64,000 bases of DNA, taken from NCBI GenBank assembly GCA_001662655.1, contig KV460224.1, one strand, 5' to 3'. The notes under the pieces were generated by a model that saw only the letters and a list, made by a program, of their open reading frames with translations, did not search any database and was not told where the DNA came from. Below are positions 12,579 through 26,113 of the stretch, piece after piece; within the stretch, counting starts at the first letter, position 1, and every line of letters begins with the position of its first letter. This DNA comes from Pseudogymnoascus verrucosus. Lineage: Eukaryota. The position numbers and the translations under genes were made by a program.

Positions 12579-15500
12579 ATGACGCTTGGGGCGTCAGACA
12601 TTGAAGATGATTCCATTACGCCAGACAACACAACTATTCCCGCAAAAGTCGACGAGGGTGCTTCTGCTACGAGATCAACCTGGAACATGGCCTCAGAAAT
12701 GCAACAGATGAGGGACCGAGATAAACAAGGTGGAACGAAGCCCAGGAAGCTTGGTGTCACGTGGCAAAACCTCACCGTCAAAGGCATTAGCAGCGACGCG
12801 ACGTTCAATGAGAACGCCATCTCCCAATTCTATCCCTTCTATAAAGGTAGCAAAGGCAAGCCGATCAAGACCATCATTGACAACTCCTACGGCTGCGTCA
12901 AGCCCGGCGAGATGTTACTGGTTCTTGGACGCCCTGGCTCAGGCTGCACGACCTTGCTGAACGTACTTTCTAACCATCGGCTGGGCTACGAAGAAATCAC
13001 CGGAGACGTCACCTTCGGAGACATGACCGCCAAAGAAGCCAAACAATATAAAGGCCAGATCATTATGAATACGGAGGAGGAAGTCTTTTATCCAACCTTG
13101 AGCGTTGGCGACACCATCGATTTCGCCGCTCGCATGAAGGTCCCTTACCATCTGCCGCCAGGCATTAAGACGGCGGAGCAGTACGCCCAGCACAACAAGG
13201 ACTTCCTCCTGCGGTCTGTCGGCATCTCTCACACGGCCTCCACCAAGGTGGGAGACGCCTACGTCCGCGGTGTCTCTGGCGGGGAAAGGAAACGTGTGTC
13301 TATCCTTGAAAGCATGACGACTCGCGCAAGTGTCTTCTGCTGGGACAATTCGACGAGAGGTCTGGATGCGAGCACAGCGCTCGAGTGGATCAAAGCTGTC
13401 AGGGTGATGACTGATCTACTGGGCCTCACTACCATTGTCACTCTGTATCAAGCGGGCAATGACATCTATGAGCATTTTGACAAGGTGCTGGTTCTCGACA
13501 ATGGCAAGCAGATGTTTTACGGTCCTCAGGCGGAAGCAGTGCCCTTTATGGAGAATCTTGGTTTCATGCGCGTTTCTGGTTCCAACCGCGCCGATTTCCT
13601 GACGGGTGTAACCGTTCTAACTGAACGCCGCATTGCCCCCGGCTCGGAGAAGAAATTTCCACGTTCCGCCGACGAGGTCGTCGCTGCCTACGACCGGTCG
13701 GAGATTAAGCCCCGCATGCTGATTGAGTGTCGAGACTATCCTACAAGCGAAGAAGCCAAGGAGAATACGGCCAATTTTCGGGAAATGGTTATATACGAGA
13801 AGCACAGAATGGTGTCTGACAGCTCGCCCTTTACCACCAACTTCTCTACTCAAGTCAAGGCTGCCGTCATCAGGCAGTATCAGATTATGCTAGGTGACAA
13901 GTCGACGCTCATAATGAAGCAAGCTGCCACAGTCATCCAGGCCTTTCTCGGCGGCTCTCTCTTCTACTCTGCTCCTAGCAATTCAGCTGGTTTGTTCCTA
14001 AAAGGCGGTGCCCTTTTCTTCTCTATCCTGTACAACGCCCTTATAGCTCTGTCGGAAGTCACCGATTCCTTCACTGGAAGACCCATCCTAGCCAAGCACC
14101 GCTCCTTTGCTTTGTACCATCCAGCGGCGATCTGCATTGCCCAAGTCGTCGCTGATTTCCCTGTCCTGTTATTCCAGGTAACGCACTTTGGATTGGTTCT
14201 CTACTTCATGGTTGGTCTCAAGAGTACGCCCCAAGCATTTTTCACCTATTGGATTACCAACTTCGTCACCGCCATGACCATGACATCTCTCTTCCGTCTT
14301 ATTGGCGCCGCCTTTCCTACTTTCGACGCCGCAACCAAGGTCTCGGGCCTGACAGTAGTGGCGCTCTTTGTCTACATGGGTTATATGATCGCGAAGCCTG
14401 AGATGCATCCGTGGTTTGTTTGGATTTTTTGGATCAATCCTATGGCATATGGCTTCGACGCTCTTCTTAGTAATGAGTTTCATATGCAAGAAATCCCATG
14501 TGTTGGCCCCTACCTCATTCCCAGCGGTCCTGGATATACGGATGGCATTGGTGGACAATCTTGTGCTGGTGTGGGTGGCGCAACACCGGGTTTCACGAGT
14601 CTGACAGGCGACGAGTACCTGAACTCCATGTCCTTCAGTCACAGCCATATCTGGCGCAACGTCGGCGTCATCTGCGGTTTTTGGGTGTTGTTTGTTGCGG
14701 CCACTATTTTCTTCACTTCTAGGTGGAAGCTTCCAGGAGAAGGTGGTCGCAGTCTTCTTCTTCCTCGGGAGCAACAGCATAAGTCGAGACATCTATTGCT
14801 ACCAAAGGATGAGGAGATACAAGCTGCCGAGAAATCTCCAGCCGAATCGGACTCTGACATGTCAGGAGAAAGCGTCATTAAGAACCTCAATCACAACAAC
14901 AGCATCTTCACCTGGAAAAACTTGACGTATACCGTCAAAACATCTGAGGGTGATCGCGTCCTGCTTGACAATGTGCAAGGTTACGTCAAGCCCGGCATGA
15001 TGGGGGCTCTCATGGGTTCTTCTGGCGCTGGCAAGACAACTCTTCTTGACGTCCTCGCGCAACGCAAAACCGAGGGCACTATTTCTGGATCTGTTTTAGT
15101 TGATGGCCGTCCCATTCCCATCTCGTTCCAGCGATCCGCGGGGTATGTCGAACAGTTGGATATTCATGAGTCCTTAGCGACCGTACGTGAGGCTCTCGAA
15201 TTCTCGGCACTCTTGCGCCAGTCTCGCGATACACCTGACAATGAAAAGCTACAGTATGTTGACACTATCATCGACCTTTTGGAATTGAATGACCTCGAGC
15301 ACACACTTGTTGGCCGTCCTGGTGCTGGCCTTTCGGTCGAGCAACGTAAGCGTCTTACTATCGCTGTTGAGTTGGTAGCAAAACCAAGTATTCTCATCTT
15401 CCTCGACGAACCTACATCAGGACTCGATGGTCAGGCTGCTTTCAATACTGTTCGCTTCCTTCAAAAACTTGCAAAAGCCGGACAAGCTGTCTTAGTGACA

Positions 15501-16940
15501 ATACATCAGCCATCAGCACAGTTGTTCGCGCAATTTGATACACTCTTGTTGCTGACAACAGGTGGGAGAACTGTCTATTTTGGAGAGATCGGTGATGAGG
15601 CGAGCACTGTCAAAGACTACTTTGCTCGCCATGGAGCCTCTTGTCCACCTGAAGCCAACCCTGCTGAGTTCATGATTGATGTGGTGTCAGCGGGAAGCTC
15701 CTTCAATGACCGAGATTGGAATAAGATCTGGCTGCAATCGCCAGAACACGACCAGCTCTCTAATCACATCAGCACCATTGTAACAGAAGCCGCTGCTCGA
15801 CCTTCGGGAACTATTGACGACGGACACGAGTTTGCGGCGTCGATGTGGACGCAAGTAAAGCATGTGACACATCGAATGAATATCTCACTCTTCCGGAACA
15901 CCGAATACCTCAACAACAAGTTTGCCATGCATATCAGCTTAGCGTTATTGAACGGCTTTAGTTTTTGGATGATAGGGGATCACCTCACAGATCTACAGCG
16001 GAATCTGTTCACGGTCTTCAACTTCATCTTCGTCGCGCCAGGTGTCATTTCCCAACTTCAGCCTCTATTTATCGACCGCCGCGATATCTACGAGGCACGT
16101 GAGAAGAAGAGCAAGATGTACCATTGGGCTCCCTTCGTTACTGGCCTCATAGTCTCGGAAGTACCCTATTTGCTAATTTGTGCTTTCCTGTATTACATTT
16201 GTTGGTATTTCACTGCTGGCTTGCCTACCGCACCAGAATACGCTGGTAGTACTTTCTTCGTCGTGGTAAGTCTCCTCCCATTCCCAGCCACCCTCGAGCT
16301 GGCATCGCGAAAACTGACATGGAACCAGGTCATGTATGAATTTTTGTATACAGGCATTGGACAGATGATTGCCGCTTATGCCCCCAATGCGGTTTTTGCA
16401 TCTCTCGTCAACCCTCTCGTTATCACAACTCTGGTCTCATTTTGCGGCGTCATGGTACCGTACAGCCAGATCCAGCCCTTCTGGAAATACTGGTAAGCAC
16501 AGTTCACATTACTCGTCCAAGAACCCGACTTCAGGCAAAATCTAACAACCTTCTTTCACAGGATGTACTACATAGACCCCTTCAACTATCTTATGAGTTC
16601 TCTGCTTGTCTTCGTTACTTGGGACAAACCTGTCAAGTGCACTACCAACGAACTCGCCATATTTGACCCCTCTCCGAATTCGACCTGCGGTGACTATCTT
16701 GCAAATTATATGCAAGGGATGGGGTCAGGCACCAACCTCCTCAACCCAGACGCTACCACCGACTGCCGCGTGTGTCAATTTGCTGAAGGCAGCGACTTCC
16801 TGCGGACCTTGAATCTCAAGGAAGAAAGCTACGGGTGGAGAAATGCGGGCATTGTTGTTGTATTTGCGATTGGCATATACGGGTTAGTGTATCTTATGAT
16901 GAAGCTGAGAACAAAGGCTACGAAAAAGGCTAAGTCTTAG
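12579..16940 (+). CDS. Full-size ABC-G (PDR-type) multidrug transporter
   Basis: NBD1 [33 protein letters not shown]2 [30 protein letters not shown]; two TMDs; introns 16266-16328 and 16493-16561. Confidence 0.96.
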
Positions 16941-17994
16941 ATGAAAAGGGTAATTATTGAGATTAGTAGTGTAGGGGGACGGCGGTCGGCCAGCGTCGGG
17001 CAAGACGGATTGGTCGAAAGTGTGGGTAAATTACTCTGGGTTTTAGATGGGGAGATTGTTTTCTGTGTTCATTGCCTTGGGTTTGGCGTCTATTTCGATT
17101 ATATTTGCCATCTTTTGGGAGGAAGTTCCGATCCAAAACAAAAATTCCTTTGATGGAGATAACGCGAATAGAATCTCCTTTGTGGCAACTGCCATCGCTC
17201 GTCGTCGGTTCGTATCCTTTCCATTATATAAAAACTGTTACTGACGTCCCACTAGCGACATGCTATTACGTGAGAAGGGATACGGATTATATAAAAACGG
17301 TGGGCGAAAGGTTTAGAAAAGAAATTCAAGAGCAACGTCATTACTTTGGATGCAACAGTACAGGTGCAAACGTGTGGGCAATATCATCTCGTTCAATCGC
17401 TCGCATTTATATTTAACTCACAGTACAGATAGAGCTTGCTCACTCTACAGCCAAACAGGATTGACAAGAACTACTGCGCTCCTAATCCTTACTAGCACAT
17501 CGAAACAGTCGCGCTAGAGGAAATATTCCCCTATACTATTAAAAGCAGCTTCCTAGAATCCACATATTAATAGAGTTTGTGCATTAACCGCTTTCTTTAA
17601 AAATGGCGTCTCGTGAACTATAACCCCCTCTTTAGATAACACAACGACATGCTGACGGCAGTAGCTAGTAGAAAGGAGCAAGTTTGAATAGCAGGTTAGA
17701 TAAGCATTTTGCTAGGCTCTATCTTTCCATTTCACTAAAAAAAGCTTCTAACTTTGCCTAGGATTCCACAACCCCCACTTCTGCCATTTGCTCTCTTTCC
17801 CAACCGTTTGAATTGTGTTCGCGTAAAAGAATGCTCCTTACATCATAATTACTTTGCTAGAGACCATCTCTTCTACCTCTTTATATCTAAAGACTACTAT
17901 CATCTCTTAATCTATTCTCTTATAGTTATACGTTAAGCTAATCTAGTCTTTGCGTTCTAACATTATCTCTTTATAACACTTAATACATAGTATA

Positions 17995-18179
17995 ACGTAT
18001 TTCACAAGCGAATGAACAACCCAAGCGAGTGAACAACGGCAATTCTCACCAAAAACTGTGAAGTTTAGAGTGCTATATCTCAGCAACGCTGTTGTAATAA
18101 AATATGAAATTGTATATTTGGCCTTTTATAAGTTGTTAAAGTGTTTAATTTAATTTTTAAAACTATAATGCAAAACTAG
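17995..18179. mobile_element. Truncated end of a second Fot1-family element
   Basis: TA followed by ACGTATTTCAC terminus and two CAAGCGA(A/G)TGAACAAC sub-repeats; cut off by the element starting at 18182. Confidence 0.6.
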
Positions 18180-18181
18180 TA

Positions 18182-20021
18182 ACGTATTTCACGGGCGAGC
18201 GGGTCACACGAGCGAGCGGGTCACCAAAACACTAAAATTGACTATTACTGCCTACTACTACACCACCACCCTACATAATGACCCTTATTCGATCGTAATT
18301 GAATCCTTGTGCTTCTCGCACGTACGGGAATTATAGCCTATAATACCACATAAGCCACAGCGCTTCTGTCAGCCCTTAGAGCCTACCTGCCGACTACTCT
18401 CTCTTGCCACCTCTGTACGGACTTAAGCATCAGCCTCAGCACTGTGAAGTATATCCACTCCATCTCGTATAGAGAGACTACCCCCTTGCATTATACGTCT
18501 CTTACGCTTTCTTTCCCTTCTCTTTTTCTGTTCATTTGCTGCCTATAGAGCCTTAACTTCTACTTTAAGTAGAACAGCAGAATGCATCATAACTTGCGCC
18601 CCTTTAACAAGGCAGCTAATAGCATCATTAATTAAAGTAGGAGAGTTATTCTAATGTCTTATAACACGCTTCTTAATATGCTTTGTTTGAAAGTTAAGCT
18701 CCTTTATAGTTTAAGGAGTTTTTAAGGTCTAATTGTCGCTCTTAACTATTAGAGGAGTTAGAGTTCTTAAGTATAGATTTAAGTAAGAGAGAACATTCTA
18801 TAGTTTATATAGAACTAGCCCTATAGCTTAGAATCTGCTCTTAATGTTCTACTCTATAAATGTAGCTTTAAATGCTTCTTTAAATATAGAGAGGAACTTA
18901 AGCTTTATAATGTAGTTTAGCTAGTTTTATATAAAGGTTTTAATCTACTTTCTATATAAGAGCTTTAGTAGTGTAAAGTAGCTTACATTAAGAGGCTAAA
19001 GAATATATAACGAGTATAGTAGTATATAGAGGGTAATTATCTTCCGTTCTATATAGTAGTGTTAAAATTAAGTAGAGAGGTAGCTCTTATACCTATTAAG
19101 AATAAGAAGGCAATAGGTTCTAACTATACAAGCATTTGTATGTTAATTAAAGTGTTAAATCTACTTATACCTAATTAAATTTAAAGTCTACCTATTCTTA
19201 CTTAGTGTAATTACCTAGTCTTCTAGTAATCCTAAGTCCTTATACTAAGTAGAGAGGTAATTCTATGCTTTAAAAATAATAAATAGCAGAAGGGCCTATC
19301 TATACAAATTAACACCTTAGATAATTAACACTTACTCTCTATTCCCTAGCTATATAGTCTTTAGACAACTCTTTACTTCTAAGCTTATAACTACCTTTAT
19401 AGTAGCAATAACTCCTATTATAAAACCTGCTTTATTAAAGTTGTAGATATCTTGCTCTAAGATTCTATATTTTATAACTATGTTTTGTATAAAGGAGAAC
19501 TACCCTTTAATTATCTTAGGATCTTTACATTTTACTCGTTTATAGTTGTACTTCTAACTAAACTTTAATTTGATTTCTATATAACGCTTTATAAAGCTAG
19601 TAGCCTAGTTTATCCTAATAGGGCTTTTGCCTTGTTTAGAGAGTAGAAGGTCTGCTATTTCTTGTATAGCTTGTAGCTAGGGTAGAAACCTATGTGAATC
19701 TAGGTTAAGGATATATTAAACAAGAGCTGACTCTTCGTACAAAGTTAATTTTTGTAAGTTAGGAGTAGAGTTGCGTTAAGAAGTAACACCGTTAAGTTGT
19801 ACACAGAGCGACTTAAATAGGACGTTGTACAACATTGCAGCAGCTCGAATACTCTTAATATTGCCTTCTTTAAGTGCTATAATAGCCAATAGTATTCTAC
19901 CCTCTTAATTAGAGGATTGGTCTTGTGTTGGTTGTAGCATTGTTAACTATAGATAGGTTGACGCGTTTTAGTGTTTTAGTGACCCGCTCGCTCGTGTGAC
20001 CCGCTCGCCTGTGAAATACGT
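18182..20021 (-). mobile_element. Complete Fot1/pogo (Tc1-mariner) DNA transposon, 1840 bp, RIP-inactivated
   Basis: TIRs ACGTATTTCACGGGCGAGCGGGTCACACGAGCGAGCGGGTCAC / GTGACCCGCTCGCTCGTGTGACCCGCTCGCCTGTGAAATACGT; TA on both sides (18180-81, 20022-23); interior colinear with the DDE transposase copy at 62964-64000 but full of stops. Confidence 0.93.
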
Positions 20022-20114
20022 TAGCATATATACTTATACTAATGCTCTCGTCTTAGATGATAGCATTAAAGGATACTAATTTGCATCTTGAAATAAACCC
20101 CTACACAAACCTTA

Positions 20115-20186
20115 GATGAAAGTGAGTCTGATCTAAAGTGTGTTAGGATTGTGGCTAACACACTTTAGATCAGACTCACTTTCATC
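20115..20186. repeat. Perfect inverted repeat with 32 bp arms and an 8 nt loop
   Basis: GATGAAAGTGAGTCTGATCTAAAGTGTGTTAG gattgtgg CTAACACACTTTAGATCAGACTCACTTTCATC. Confidence 0.95.
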
Positions 20187-20650
20187 CTGCTCACAATTCG
20201 TACGTATATAGCTCAGAGCCCCAGAAGAAGGCAACTCCCCTAATTAAGGTAAGGAACTCGATATAACAGCCAAAGGCACAGTTGTAATGGATTCAGAAGC
20301 GGTGGCGGCTCTGATATTGTTGATATATCTGTTTCCGATTTTTCATCTCGTTCACAGAACACCTCTCGTTCACAGAAAAACATAACACTTGCACTGTAGA
20401 CACCTCTCTAGTGCAAGTATGGTAAACGGTACAGGAATATGGTGTCGTTAATCGTAGTATTTAGGTCCTTAGCATCAACCCATCCGTCAATCCATTAGTT
20501 GACTAGGCACCGAGAGCAGCGAAGATGGGGATGCAAGATAATTCTTCGAGTATTAATTTGCTATAGAAATCGAAGCAATATCTTGCATCCCCCCCACTCT
20601 CCTCCAGCCAAGCACACCACTATATGCCCACTAACACTCGAAGAATAGTC

Positions 20651-21114
20651 ACATACGACAATAGACTCAAGAGAACTAGGCATCTCTGTCGGAGATGGTC
20701 GCTGAATGCAACGACTTTCAGATTTCTATTGATGGAAACTTGATAACTAATTGCTGTATCACGTAACGGTTCTAAGGTTAATGTTGCTTTTATCTAACAA
20801 CACTAGCATACGAAACGGCTAAATGTACACGGCCATCGCAAAACGGGAAGATGCACAAGCTAGCGCTTTTTTCTAAAACAGCCTAAGTCATCACGTTTAC
20901 ATTTCAGACACAGTTGCAAAACACTCAGGAGCATGGCTTCGATGATTCCATGGTCGACAGGTCGTTGCAGGACCAACTTCTAGCTAGGGAACAGAGGCTC
21001 GAGAGTCAAACTCACCGAAAACAGCTTACACGTCCGCTCTGCTATACATAAGCTTGAGATCGGTGGATTTGTAGTTGGGTAGGTGACCACCAACGAATAC
21101 CCACTGTTGTATGT
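20651..21114 (+). pseudogene. 5S rRNA pseudogene split by a ~345 bp insertion at 5S nt 35/36
   Basis: 20651-20684 matches nt 1-34 and 21031-21114 matches nt 36-119 of the intact 5S at 25561; about 8 substitutions, half of them RIP-type; ends in a T tract. Confidence 0.92.
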
Positions 21115-21551
21115 TTTTGCTAATATTTTTTTACCTACGTGAACATGTGAATGATGATGCTCTGGACGAGAAAATGGCAATCGGGAGGCATAGAAGCGAC
21201 AAAGTAAGTGCTTGGGGGGACTTACAATGGACAGCGACGAATAGCAAGTACATGACACGGGGAAATTGCCCTCCGTAGCTTGACGGAGCTAGCAATTGAT
21301 CAATCTATTTGGCCTTGGAGATGGTTACTAACACTAACGGCACGATCGGAATGCTTGCCCATCTAGCGACTTCAAAAGTCATATATCTCCGGCGACGCTA
21401 CCAGTTTTCTGCACGGCCCCTTGTCAATTAAGCAATGGTGCATTATCTCAATGTTACTCAATATGAGTTTGTTTTATTTGCGATTTTGAGGGGTTATGGG
21501 GTACTTATAGGTGGGCTATTTCTCTGTATTGTGTTTCGGCTTGTTGCCTAG

Positions 21552-22852
<1,301 letters not shown>

Positions 22853-24599
22853 TGGGAAGGAGATGGGAAGGGGATTTGAGGGATCCGTGTGGGGTGGAGA
22901 GTATGAAGTGTGGCCGTAGGGGTGGTAGATGATGTGAAGGACATCTACATAGTGAGCTAGCTCGGTGCTGCTGGCGGGAGGTCTTGTAGAGAAGGATAGC
23001 TATATTCATAAAATCCTGTCTGCTCTATAGACATTTGTTATGCCTTGTCGGCATTTGACTTGCGAGGCTGTAGACATTTTCCACCTGCCCTTTTTGTCAA
23101 TGTTTCATGCACAGTACAACAAGCTTTGATGTTTCTCGCCTATCTTCCTATTCTTACGATAAGTGGACCCCCAACGAGGTCTTGATGGATCCGTAGCAGC
23201 TTGTGCCAAGAGTTTGGCGATACTTGGACCAGCTTAAATCAACGACATGGGGTGAAGGACGACCGTTCCCTCCTCATTGGCGGCGCAACCTGCGTAAAGG
23301 GGTTTTCGGCGAAGGGCTTTGATCGTAATTATGTCAGAAAGCTCACAGTAAGCAGTAAGTGCCAAGTATTTTGCGAAGTGCGAAGTCGGGACCTTTGCTT
23401 GTTTCGGTAACCCATGTGGCGCCGAAATTCGCGACGAAGAAAGATGCCCGGGTTCCCATTCGATCTATAAGGGAGCGGAGTCTCATATACCGCAGCAGAA
23501 GAATCCCAGTTCCCTATCCCTGGCTAAATTATTGCTTCCCCCTCACAACCTCACAACACAACTCTCTTACCCCAGAAACCTCGGAAGCAACGACCCGCCA
23601 GCACGTCCTCGATTTCCCCGGAGAAGCCTCCAAATTAAATCGCGTAACAAAGCAGGGCCTGTGATTTCCGGATGGCGGCCCGTCTCTGACAGGGGAACAT
23701 CGAATTGGTGGGATTTCGCGGGGGATCATCGACATGCTGATCTGATATTAACTATGAGGTAGCTAGGGTTAGCTGTGCATGTATCTGTTAGACCCCGCAA
23801 AACACCTTTAAGTATAGCTTTTCGCCATTATAGAGAGTACCTTTTGGTTTTATTTAGAAAGCTTGGATTCTAGTGTATATATTTTTCCAGTGCTTGATTT
23901 GTACTAAATCAGCTACTATTCAAGCCTAGGAGGAGTTACGCCAGGCTAGTGTTGCAGACCGGAAGCTGGAGCGGCTCTGGAAGAAGAGGGGTAGCAGCTT
24001 TCCGCAAAGCTGGCCAACCAATTCTACCCGCAGATCAGGAGCCAATTCCTGCCCCACATGCCGAAGCCCAGGCGACCGGAGCTGAGGAAGCTACCAGAAA
24101 TGGGAGTGGGAGTGGGAGTGGGAGTGAAGACAATAACGATAGCAGCGTTGAATTTCATCTTTGATAATTACACTATGTACCTTTATATACAATTTTCTAT
24201 GTAAAGGTACTTACTTATTTTGCTATGACGCGACGCACTTGCTTCCTCCGACAGTGAGCGAAGCGAACAGGCAAATCCGACGATCAGTCAGATGACCTGT
24301 GGGGTTTTCGGATTCGCATGGGGTTTTAAAATAAATTGCACTGCAAAGCGGACAAACACACCCTTGCTCCCTCCACCAATAAACCTACAAATAAAATTCT
24401 TTCTCTGTCGTAATTTGTTTCTTGGTTATTGTGACAATGGATTTGTATTCTACAACCCCAATTTCGCATCATACCCATAGCGCCAACCGCGTCTTCAACC
24501 CATCAAATTGCAATCTGCAGTATCAGTATGGAATGTTCAAGATGACGACTCATTGGATGACTCTCTTCCATCACTTAACGAGTTGTCACGCAATCGAAA

Positions 24600-25115
24600 A
24601 ATAGAGGCCCCTTAAGTACCCTCTTAGGATCATGAGCCCGTCTATAGCTCGAAGCGCTAACTATTCAACGAGGGCTATGTACGTACTAATCCCACAACCT
24701 TGAACTCAGTCTTTACGCAGGCTAACTAAGGTAGGTTTCGTACCTTACCCCTATATTAGCAAACACTTTACTAATTCCCTACATAAGTGTCTCTAATCAT
24801 TAAAGATGACAGCGAAGGTAAAAGCAAGGATGAAGCTGAGGCTAGGCTTAGAGTCCTTAGGGTAGGCTAATCAACTATATATAAAGTAGGTGGCATAACT
24901 AGACTAGTAGTGCTGCTTCTATTATACTATAGCTTGCTTATGCACTTTAATAGACAGAGAAAACTAAGATAAGTATTACTTAGTAGCCTTTAGCTCCTTA
25001 GTGCCTTGTTAGTAGAGTAGGGAGAAGGTATTTAGTAATAGGGCTTCTAATTATATCTTATAGCTATAGATGTAGTAAGGTAGGAGACGATTGAACTTAA
25101 TATAACAGTAAAAAG
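24600..25115. repeat. RIP-degraded AT-rich repeat remnant
   Basis: TAG/TAA/CTA-rich, no ORFs. Confidence 0.5.
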
Positions 25116-25121
25116 CATAGT

Positions 25122-25419
25122 TGTAAGGACACAGGGCACCGTATCACGAGAAGTTGTATATGGGAGTGCAAGTCGGATATCAGTCGGTACAATCCTATAG
25201 GTCTACTACGAAGGATACAAAAAAGATAGAGATGTAACCCTCTATGGCTGTTTCCTTAAATACCCGAAACCGCTCCGACTCAGCTAACTCCCTGTTTGCC
25301 TAAGGCTTCCTTTCGCTATGTGCCTAAGGGTGTCGGTCGCGACTGCCCCGTAACGGCCCTGAGTCTCGATGGCGCCACATGACGGCCGTAACTAACCCGA
25401 GTCAGGAGGCATCCTTACA
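25122..25419. mobile_element. Solo LTR, 298 bp
   Basis: TGTAAGGA...TCCTTACA termini; 5-bp target-site duplication ATAGT (25117-21, 25420-24); the empty site is visible in the paralogous segment near 20278-20290. Confidence 0.88.
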
Positions 25420-25560
25420 ATAGTTGTAATAGACTTAGAGGTAGTAGCAGCTCTAATATTGTTTACATATCCGTTTCTAATTTCTCATCTCGTTCACAGA
25501 ACACTATAACTATTAGACTAAGCACACTACTATATATCCACCAACACTCGAAGAATAGTC

Positions 25561-25679
25561 ACATACGACCATAGACTCAAGAGAATTGGGCATCCCGTCC
25601 GCTCTGCCATACACAAGCTTGAGATCGGTGGATTAGTAGTTGGGTGGGTGACCACCAGCGAATACCCACTGTTGTATGT
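25561..25679 (+). rRNA. Dispersed 5S rRNA gene, intact
   Basis: ACATACGACCATAG...GTGACCACCAGCGAATACCCACTGTTGTATGT (119 nt), followed by a T-run Pol III terminator; TATATA about 30 nt upstream. Confidence 0.97.
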
Positions 25680-26113
25680 TTTTTTTCCGGTTCTTTTTTT
25701 GTCGCCCACCTACCTAGGATGGATAAGGAGGGAAGGGGAGGAAGGGAAGGGGGGAAAGGGAGGGATGTGGGCGTAGTGATATCTGGCACAACATTGTCTT
25801 GAACACCGCCTGAATGCGATTCTAGCTGTATAATTCTACGCCCTGGAAACAAGGCCTTGATAGTATTCCTAGTGTATCCTCCACACAAATACCCATCCAG
25901 GCGTTATGCCAACCGTGGACCCTCTTGAATATGAATTATGACACAGCAAAGTTTGTCTTGAAGACAATGGAAATGGATAATAAGAGCTTCTAGACTAGTA
26001 CATATACTTACTACGCTGCTTCTACAAAGTGACCCAACGCCACATGAACGCCCAACAACACACCTCTCCATGTCCCTCTATTCCTACAGCATAATGCCCC
26101 CGTCTCAGCAGCC

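Noticed and set aside
20686..21029. Minus-strand GTAAGC...GACAG intron-like ends of the 5S insert
   Set aside because: Antisense to the 5S transcript and lacks a good branch site, so splicing could not restore the rRNA.
23750..24350. Possible transposon remnant with a short GSGSGS-containing ORF
   Set aside because: No termini, TSD or recognisable domain could be established.
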